Below, piece after piece: positions 27,401 to 33,397 of a stretch of 62,255 nucleotides of DNA (within the stretch, counting starts at the first letter, position 1; each line of letters begins with the position of its first letter). A program made the translations under genes and the position numbers. The DNA lies in NCBI GenBank assembly GCA_945859965.1, contig CAMAPG010000001.1, positions 1-62,255 of the forward strand, written 5' to 3'. The notes beneath the pieces are model-generated. The model was not told the origin of the DNA, made no database searches, and saw nothing but the letters and a program-made list of their open reading frames with translations. The stretch is from Opitutus sp. GAS368 (GTDB taxonomy: Bacteria; Verrucomicrobiota; Verrucomicrobiia; Opitutales; Opitutaceae).

Positions 27401-28472
27401 AGATCAACCTGGCGTCATTACTGGTGCCGTGACAGGAAGCGAAGTCACTGGTCCGATCAACGGTAATGACACGCCGGATAACGTCCGGATGGCTTTGGAG
27501 GATGCGCTCAATCAGTTGCCATCCGTGATCGCGTCCGGCGGTGTGAGCGTCGCGCTCCCCAGCGAGAAGAATTCGCTGAACGTGATATTCAATACCATCG
27601 GCAACAAGCCGTCCCTCACCGCGGTGAACAACTCATACGAAGTCCAGACAATCGCCCTGTTCTCCACCGGGGAATATGAACTCTCATACGGTGCCGCCAC
27701 AACCCTGCGTCTGCCCGCGGGATCAACGACCGGAGAAATCGAATCTGCACTCAACAGCCTGGCTGGTTTCCCTGCCGGGGGTGTTGTTGTTACCAACGGG
27801 TTCGGCGAGGATTTCACGATTACCTTCAACGATGCCGGGGATTTCAATCTCATCACCGCCCGGCAGTTCTTCCCCACTGACGCCATCACAGTGCAGGAGG
27901 GCACCTCGGGACCCGCAGGTTTGCAGGAAAAACAGGAAATTAGACAGCCGATCGGACACCTGTTCGATCAGGAGAACTTTGCAACAGCCAACTTGGTCGG
28001 CGGCTTCAACGACGCCACCGAATTCGATGCGTTTAAATTCAAATGGCAGGATGCCAACAACAACGAGCTTTACGATCTTGGGGAAATTCCAATTGACGGC
28101 CTCATCGTTGCGAGGACTTACAACTCGGCGCTTATCAACTTGATCCCCGAGGCGCGATATACGGGAGGCGAATTCACTTTTGTATCAATCACCGAAGGTG
28201 GACCTGCCATTGCGGAGGTGCAGGAGCTCACGATAAAGGCGGACAAGTTCACACTTGTGTTCGGTGATGATGAGACTGGCTCACTCTCTGGGAAAGCGAA
28301 GCCCAGCGCAGTGGCTGCGGCATTGAATGCGCTTCCGGCCATCATCGCGGCCGGCGGTGTCACCGTCACTTCCAGCGCGGTGGATACCTACAGGATCACA
28401 TTCAACGTCGCCGGGGCGCGAGACCCGGTTCTGGCCCCGTTCTTCTACGACTTTAACAACATCCTCCAATAA
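21492..28472 (+). CDS. giant repetitive surface/secreted protein (2326 aa): LEPR-XLL-like N-terminus, head domain, ~740-aa Gly-rich solenoid-like region, at least 12 copies of an unassigned ~95-aa module
   Basis: Uninterrupted 7-kb frame. The first ATG (21492) gives MNTKYNRPSVEPLESRIAPA with no hydrophobic signal peptide. The Gly-rich AGDGGDG..GG.GGS units span ~22926-25150. The modules (EVQ...F.L.FG..TT......A..IE.ALN.LPSI...GGVTVT.....F.ITFN..GD) lie at ~22113-22658 and ~25292-28472. Confidence 0.85.
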   Translation: MNTKYNRPSVEPLESRIAPARVIEVGFPGASNDTDYSEAAPSGEVLHFVNLETASGADLIAAAVGKGIGGLADTFYIRMSAGDVMELFRGGGGASTEPLLIVNSGNIVAFFTDKNLDDEVQESEITGISAGKNASFELRAALPGDVVVNLDERGTKDQADDTLWMGAGPVPAGLGIKSVKIGSSVGGSVDEGVLFQIAAETIAGGVGVQEVQDFSISTAQGRIGQTFRISYGAYTTASLVVVTSAAEIEAAINGLKAVKDAGEVTVTSAANGQFTATFKLTGAQADLFEVHADAVIDFTASEVTPGGVAEQEVQSVDIGSLAGESGQLTFSFGVESSAPLRFDATAEEIETALNLLNTVSGVGGVTVIRPSGGLFLITFNEPGDQAELFAAHAEQFVVGSVGGNILASGSISNINVAGGVQRILAGSAANGQTFDFFPKYTTSSGVVVDTPGGDGLFSFAPLTGMAGSGISNIIVDRLGAGGDNVGMIHAGDGGDGANGGSLNLIEIRRDSDGFSLLAGDGGNSGGLKKNGGHGGGVTKVYAHGNPDASGNDLITVAAGAGGDSATALGGRGGSIADLNIGYELAGKNLILSEGVLRDNVIVLSGDGGDGKVGASGGSLTKINITISAPDLAGDEVQVFAGDGGDGQSVRGGRGGTGGTISRSFFQNVDITPSHEMTIMAGAGGLAGTNAIGAAGGSVLDLTLTGRWFDIGAGDGSDGKKGGLGGSIKAITFVTVNSVITDTAMINAGRGGDGLGGNAGNGGMVAGVDLPDSDLFNFIINDEMLGKGDGGTGSGGRGGNGGGISNISVTDSEFGVARNAANLYSVRGGAGGSGDKGGGAGGSLAELLFSGSGIEVEVTAGDGGDADIKGPGGKAGSIARSSFFTEGTVLRTVSGVPVQVAADGFVRAGAGGDGAGAGGAGGLGGEVSTVDLNTEGTAGVFGGDGGNGSGAGSGRGGSLNRVGLFATNGDGTMIAGDAGTIGTKPAAGGSIRGTTDEQVSGAFAALNVTVRAGEGANGGAGGSIDQFGYGSTGATLVPTPLGNIIIMAGDGSESGDGRNVGAGGSIKNINGSVSFTSGTTTTIQAGEGGSTPKKGGAGGDIKNLSLQRGGNPGVEVSIVAGDAGDSPAGARGAKGGSVDGVTVIEMDRAAILRHITAGNGGDALKMGGPGGSVTNVNVVNHDIGLRSGAAYGYDSMGGIFAGAGGSGDTKGLAGNVISVSADAIGSIVAGRGAAPELVNKVESIYLNDSNLLIEKDGAFTEDGIPGAKEEQQFTPASGFQFQITFGEYTTGNLQPNSTTAQVEAALNLLLSISSIGGVTVTKPVGPSAYKITFNEVGDRQPLQISNQLNVIEVARGDDEPPIMEKQTVQLDPTLFSSITAKFGGSSAFFSDASLITAGSLETGLNAMASVMDLLGVTVTDLPNSSFEITFNEPGNQAPFNFGAHNSPSGFATEITDGTNNTQIIYINGAERTIPLNKDAAPVDVANALNALPSIIAAGGVSATALLPNGYQVVFLAPGDNPQITAEEFVGVNAAVELTGEANTQLKVFELLQGSTTTQVKEVQTVRIDPLLLGRVNVNFGPSVASFSSADQITAATLNSRLNLLPTIITAGGVTVLAQENHTFRITFDQFGDQIPIHVEGDDFLLGSAAEIVAGDSVTQEIQRFTPIAGGSFQVNFGADTTNLIVSTSTAIQVQSLLNALPSISSIGGVTVTQDIGTEGYAVTFNQNGDRAPLSVTNRTGIAGSLLTQASAATLTLGDPVTNEVQRISLPSTGFIALSFTGLETSQTSFMPLNSSASFVEASLNALPSVIAAGGVTLTVSPGGDFYEIAFNEPGSRNQFNGTAIEVEQTVTELFHGMNRLAAFEVQSIEYDLNGEFTVTFPVALTAVENLQGFSGGREGQLLDLSSVQAIGAATFTLSFGDDTTNPPLSANADAAAIQADLNLLPSIISAGGVTVDLVSPGLFSITFGNLGDQPGVITGAVTGSEVTGPINGNDTPDNVRMALEDALNQLPSVIASGGVSVALPSEKNSLNVIFNTIGNKPSLTAVNNSYEVQTIALFSTGEYELSYGAATTLRLPAGSTTGEIESALNSLAGFPAGGVVVTNGFGEDFTITFNDAGDFNLITARQFFPTDAITVQEGTSGPAGLQEKQEIRQPIGHLFDQENFATANLVGGFNDATEFDAFKFKWQDANNNELYDLGEIPIDGLIVARTYNSALINLIPEARYTGGEFTFVSITEGGPAIAEVQELTIKADKFTLVFGDDETGSLSGKAKPSAVAAALNALPAIIAAGGVTVTSSAVDTYRITFNVAGARDPVLAPFFYDFNNILQ
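21522..21551 (+). other. N-terminal EPLESRIAPA motif (LEPR-XLL-like putative sorting signal) of giant protein 1
   Basis: These are residues 11-20 of the 21492 CDS. A near-identical EPLEARIAPA sits at residues 12-21 of the next CDS. Confidence 0.5.
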
Positions 28473-28508
28473 ATCGCGGAAGCCAAAAGACACGAATATC
28501 TCAATCAT

Positions 28509-31500
28509 ATGTCCCGGACCAAAACCCAACTTTCCCGCATCGAACCACTCGAGGCCCGCATCGCACCCGCGGCGGTATTTGCCAATCCAATCGATGCCAA
28601 ATGGCGGGCCGCGACTGTAGGCTCGCCGGTTGTACTTCACGCCGGAGAGGGTCTCAGCACCCTGGGTGACAAGGCAGGCAGCTACCTCCTTTTCGTGGAA
28701 CAGGGGAACGTCATGGTTTTCACCACTGATTTCAACAACAACAACCTCGTTGATACGAATGAGATCACCGGCCTTGCCGCTGGAGACGGCCTCCGGCTGA
28801 TTTCGTTCGTGGACATTCACGGAGACATCGTCACAAATCTGGTCGAGAAAACCATCGGAGGCGGCACCTTCCTGACCCTGAGTGACTCCGATCGGAATCC
28901 CACTAACGACGACCCCCGGCTTCAGGGGGACGGACGCGTGATCCTGCCCAAGACCATTGAAAAAATCGAATTCCGCCCATTGGCGATTACCGACATACCT
29001 GACCAGGATGGTGTGGGGCCGGATGACGATGGCGATGGGGTGATTGATAGTCCGGATGCTGTTGACCTCGCATTCCGAACAGTGCCTTGGAGCTCCTACT
29101 CGATTTTTGGGAGTATCATCGCTGGCGGAGGATTTGGTGCAGATGACGGAGGGCTGCTGCTTAATCCTCCGGAGGACGACCGTTATATCCCCACAGTGGA
29201 TGCAATCTACACAGGCAGCGCAACCTCCGGCAAATTTTTCAGCTTCGGTGTTTCCAGTGAATATGTCGTGAGCGGCTTCAAATTCGGTGATGATGTCAAC
29301 GGGGTGACCGGCTCATTTATCCCGACCCGTGGTCAGGCGGGCGCGAGCATTAACACGGTCAAGGGCAGCAGTCCGTACAACATCGGAACGCTCCAGGCAG
29401 GGAACGGTGGAAGCGGTGCGCCGGGCGGCAGCATCTTGAATGTCACAATCAACGGCGACAATGCTGGCGGGTATAACATCATCGCTGGCGATGGCGGAGA
29501 CGGACCCAATGGCGGGAACGGTGGTTCGATCACCAATTTCAGCGACCTGGGATCCGTCACGGGGTTCACCTACATTAGCACTGGCAGTGGTGGCTTTGGA
29601 GCCACCGGCCGTGGCGGGAGCGGTGGCGATGCGGAGTTTGGACCTATGAGCATACGCGGTGATGTTCACATTGATCTCGGCGATGGAGCCACCGGTTTCT
29701 CCGCCGGTGGCAACGGGGCCAGTCTTTCCAAGGTGATTTTCTCCGATCCTCCCGGAGTTGTGGATCCGATAACCGGCGCCATAACGGACGTTCCAGTGAG
29801 AGGCACCAATGGCTTTGGCACGACTCACTATCCTGATTCCTCGATACCGGGTGCTTATAACGCGAACAATATCGGCACCCACATGGCGCTTGATTTCGAC
29901 GGGGATGGGATCGGCGACTTTGTCTATATCACTGGTGCGGACCCAACCAACGTGGAGGCTGGCTCAAACTCTGCGCTGGTTGTGCTTCTCGGCGCACCAC
30001 CAACGGATCCGGCCTTCCCGGGATATCGCACTTTAACTGCGCCCGACGGAAGTGTGTCATCCGGAATTTCCCTCAATGGTCCGCGCAACCCGAAGGCACT
30101 GGCGACTGGTGATCTCAACGGTGATGGCCATCCGGACATCGTGGTCGGTTCCACCGACCCAGGAGGAAGCGGAGACCTGATGGTATTCCTGGCCAAGTTC
30201 GAGGATGTGAACAATGACGGGGTGCTGGTTGCCACGGAGGACTTGAATCGCAATGGGACGGACGATTTTATCGGCTTCTGGGAGGCGCGCCATAGCACAT
30301 TGCCGATCGTCGGCAGCAACAGCATGTCCATGGAGGATCTCACTATTGGTGACTTCGATGGGAACGGACGTCCTGAGATCGTCGTAGCAACCAATTCCAA
30401 CCTGGTGTTCCTCACTGCGGACATGGAGAAAGAGCCCGTGAACCAGCGGTTTGAATACACTGGGCAATTTTTCGCAGACTTCGGCACCAAGGCGGTTCGC
30501 GCCTCCATCGGCGGGAGGGACATTAGCGTTCCCGCAGTGAACTACACTCCTTATGTTCCATCTCCTGGATCAGGAGCTGTGCTGGAAGCCAGCCCTCTCT
30601 CGAGCATAGATTCGACCCATGATGTGGTGTTTGCCACCTCTGAGGGAGGTCAGGATGTCCTCGTCATCGAGTGGACGGAACACAGTGCGGAAAATCCAGT
30701 GCCAACCGTGAACGAAAACGGCCCTTTTGGCGTCGGCATTCCGATCCATGACTTCACAGTTGCCGACATAGACAATGACGGAGATGCCGATCTCTACGCC
30801 ATTAGCAACCGCAGAGACACCGCATTCGGGCCATTCTGGAGCCTGGAATTTTCCAGGGGCAACGGTCTTGGCCTTGGTATAAGTGGCTTTTCCTTTGGCG
30901 GTTTCTCTCTTCCCCTGCATTCCATCCGCAGCATGGATGTGGACGGCGATGGGAACCCAGGTGAAGCGCTGGTTCTCGACCAGGTTAATGGCTTGAGCTA
31001 TGGTATATTGGTTTTTGACGAATTCTTCCCCGAGTTCGCCGAGGTCGTGGTGACCGGGATCCTCCCAACGGGGATACCGGGCATGGTTCTGGGGCAGGCG
31101 GCAGAAGGTGCCCCTCATCCTACCGGGTTCGTGGACTCGCGCCCCATCTTTGTGGGGCGCTCCACAGCAACGATCACGGCGGCCGATTCGATTTCGCAGA
31201 ACCTGTATTCGTTCTATGTGGAGGATGGGGAGGAGATTGACAGGCAGCCCTTGGTGGACTACAGCCTCAGCCTGCACACAGGTGCGGGAGGAAATTCGCT
31301 GCACGGCCGTGGCGGTGCGAGCGGATTTCTTGGAGGAAAGGCCATCCTTGTTGACGTCGTGGATCCAGTCACCGGGGAACCAGTGATTGATCCGGCAACG
31401 GGGAAAGCATTCAAGAACCTTGTGGGTGCTGTCCAGCTCACCGCCCTCGGCCCAATCAGTCTGGTTGCGGAAGACGGTGGTGAAGGGTTTTCAAGTGGCG

Positions 31501-33230
31501 GGGTCGGCGGTTTTATTGCTGGTGTAACCATCACAGGAGGCTCCGCGCATTCACTGATTGCCGGAAACGGCGGACGCGGTGTCTCTGGTGCAGGCGGTGC
31601 GGGCGGCAGCCTGCTCTCCAATTCGATCGAATCACTCGGTGCCCCAGTCACGTTCCGGGCAGGGGACGGTGGAGTTGGTCGGATCGGCGGCACTGGCGGT
31701 TCTGTGGTCGGGAATGGAACTGGCATATTCGATACCTTAGCTCCTGCTGTGGACGTCTTCTCCGGTGCTGGCGGGCTTGGTACAAGAGGGGGAGGGAACG
31801 CTGGAACGATCTCCGGCTTTTCTGCCAAAATTGTGAACCCGGGTTTGGGGGCGCCGAGCTATCTCAATTATGTCGGCGCCAATGGGGGTGATACTGTCTT
31901 CGGCAAAGGGGGAGACGGGGGAAGTATTGTGAACAGCAGTCCGCAAGGTGGTACCCAACTGGGAGGCGACATCAACATCAAAGGCGGTGATGGTGGCAAG
32001 GGTGCTACAGGCGGTGCCGGTGGTTCCATTACGGCATTCGTCAATCGCCCGGACGGCAGCAGCACTATTTTCAATCCCGGCTACGGCAGCTTCCTTGGAG
32101 GTACAGGAGGCAATGGCACTTCAGCCAGCGGAGGCAGGGGGGGAAGCGTCAGCGGGATCGAGACACCCACTCTTGGAGATCCAGCTGGAAGCCCAAGCTT
32201 TTACCGGTTCGTATTCTCGCGAATCATCGCAGGTGCCGGCGGTACCAGTTCGAGCGCAAAGGGAGGCGATGGAGGTGATGTCGCCAATGTGATCACGAGT
32301 TCCCAGCTCGGTTCATGGGTGCTCGTCGGGGGCGCCGGCGGCCAGGGTCTTTTCCTTGGCGGGAAAGGTGGTTCGGTGACCAATGCAAGCCTCACCATCG
32401 GCGGCGCATCCACCTTCTCGAAAGGTCTGTTTGTCGGAGGTGCAGGAGGCAATGCGGGCGCATTCATCCCAAACATTGACGACGCCACGCCCAAGCAATT
32501 CCGCAATCAATTCGGCGGACGTATTGGACGCGGCGGTGATGGAGGGAACGTCGTTGGGATCGTGCAGGAGAATGGAATCGCCGCGCACATTGACCTCATC
32601 GCGGGTGATGGGGGAGACACGATCCATTATGGGACGCCCTTTGACAAACCGAAAGTCAGCTACGTCGGGAAAGGCGGTTCCATCCGGGACATCCGGCTCG
32701 CCGGCGAAGCAGGGAACATGGATCCTGCAATCGGCATCAAGAGCTATAACAATATTTTTGCCGGCGAATCTGTTGACGACTTTGTTCGCAACGAGCTGGT
32801 GAACCCGGCAGGTTTGCCCGCCTTTCTTACAGACTCGGTCGGGAACGTCGGCGTCATCGTCGGTGCCGCGGGTCGCAACAAGTCCGTCATCCTTGATCCC
32901 GTTGACGCGCCGACCACCTACCGCAGTCTTCCCGCACGATTTGCGACGAATGGCTCGCTGGAAAATTTCACAGCCCGCAATCTCATGTCCGCCGTTGCTG
33001 GAAGCGTGGATCGCATTGCCTCCATCCAACTTGTCAAAGGCCTCAATGTCGCCCAGCAGGTTGGCGTGGACAAGCTGGGTGGCGACTTTCTGGATGAAGA
33101 CCTGGCTCCGACCGTCAGCGGTGAGCCGGTTATCGGTGGACGCAACATCAATGGGGCGATTATCGCGAAGCAGTATGTCAACCTGCTCGGCGCATCGGTC
33201 CCACCGCCGCAGAACGGCTTCATCCGTTAA
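28509..33230 (+). CDS. giant repetitive surface/secreted protein (1573 aa): LEPR-XLL-like N-terminus, head domain, Gly-rich blocks flanking an FG-GAP/VCBS beta-propeller region
   Basis: Starts 36 nt after the previous stop with MSRTKTQLSRIEPLEARIAPA and no signal peptide. FG-GAP-type repeats (DFDGDGIGDFVYI, GDLNGDGHPDIVVGS, GDFDGNGRPEIVVAT, ADIDNDGDADLYAIS, MDVDGDGNPGEALVL) lie at ~29871-30996. Gly-rich units lie at ~29390-29740 and ~31266-32700. Confidence 0.85.
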   Translation: MSRTKTQLSRIEPLEARIAPAAVFANPIDAKWRAATVGSPVVLHAGEGLSTLGDKAGSYLLFVEQGNVMVFTTDFNNNNLVDTNEITGLAAGDGLRLISFVDIHGDIVTNLVEKTIGGGTFLTLSDSDRNPTNDDPRLQGDGRVILPKTIEKIEFRPLAITDIPDQDGVGPDDDGDGVIDSPDAVDLAFRTVPWSSYSIFGSIIAGGGFGADDGGLLLNPPEDDRYIPTVDAIYTGSATSGKFFSFGVSSEYVVSGFKFGDDVNGVTGSFIPTRGQAGASINTVKGSSPYNIGTLQAGNGGSGAPGGSILNVTINGDNAGGYNIIAGDGGDGPNGGNGGSITNFSDLGSVTGFTYISTGSGGFGATGRGGSGGDAEFGPMSIRGDVHIDLGDGATGFSAGGNGASLSKVIFSDPPGVVDPITGAITDVPVRGTNGFGTTHYPDSSIPGAYNANNIGTHMALDFDGDGIGDFVYITGADPTNVEAGSNSALVVLLGAPPTDPAFPGYRTLTAPDGSVSSGISLNGPRNPKALATGDLNGDGHPDIVVGSTDPGGSGDLMVFLAKFEDVNNDGVLVATEDLNRNGTDDFIGFWEARHSTLPIVGSNSMSMEDLTIGDFDGNGRPEIVVATNSNLVFLTADMEKEPVNQRFEYTGQFFADFGTKAVRASIGGRDISVPAVNYTPYVPSPGSGAVLEASPLSSIDSTHDVVFATSEGGQDVLVIEWTEHSAENPVPTVNENGPFGVGIPIHDFTVADIDNDGDADLYAISNRRDTAFGPFWSLEFSRGNGLGLGISGFSFGGFSLPLHSIRSMDVDGDGNPGEALVLDQVNGLSYGILVFDEFFPEFAEVVVTGILPTGIPGMVLGQAAEGAPHPTGFVDSRPIFVGRSTATITAADSISQNLYSFYVEDGEEIDRQPLVDYSLSLHTGAGGNSLHGRGGASGFLGGKAILVDVVDPVTGEPVIDPATGKAFKNLVGAVQLTALGPISLVAEDGGEGFSSGGVGGFIAGVTITGGSAHSLIAGNGGRGVSGAGGAGGSLLSNSIESLGAPVTFRAGDGGVGRIGGTGGSVVGNGTGIFDTLAPAVDVFSGAGGLGTRGGGNAGTISGFSAKIVNPGLGAPSYLNYVGANGGDTVFGKGGDGGSIVNSSPQGGTQLGGDINIKGGDGGKGATGGAGGSITAFVNRPDGSSTIFNPGYGSFLGGTGGNGTSASGGRGGSVSGIETPTLGDPAGSPSFYRFVFSRIIAGAGGTSSSAKGGDGGDVANVITSSQLGSWVLVGGAGGQGLFLGGKGGSVTNASLTIGGASTFSKGLFVGGAGGNAGAFIPNIDDATPKQFRNQFGGRIGRGGDGGNVVGIVQENGIAAHIDLIAGDGGDTIHYGTPFDKPKVSYVGKGGSIRDIRLAGEAGNMDPAIGIKSYNNIFAGESVDDFVRNELVNPAGLPAFLTDSVGNVGVIVGAAGRNKSVILDPVDAPTTYRSLPARFATNGSLENFTARNLMSAVAGSVDRIASIQLVKGLNVAQQVGVDKLGGDFLDEDLAPTVSGEPVIGGRNINGAIIAKQYVNLLGASVPPPQNGFIR
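28542..28571 (+). other. N-terminal EPLEARIAPA motif (LEPR-XLL-like putative sorting signal) of giant protein 2
   Basis: Residues 12-21 of the 28509 CDS; see the paired motif at 21522-21551. Confidence 0.5.
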
Positions 33231-33397
33231 TTTTCAAAACCGTAGCGCAAGCCCCCACCTGGAGCTCCGGACTGGGAGGAAGTCGCTGTCGCGCCAAAAT
33301 CATCGCCGCCTCCCTCCTGGGCTTCTCTCTCGCGTTGCTTGGGAATTGCTTCTGGAATGTCGCACTTTTTCCGCTTAGCATCTCCAACACCCGAGTC

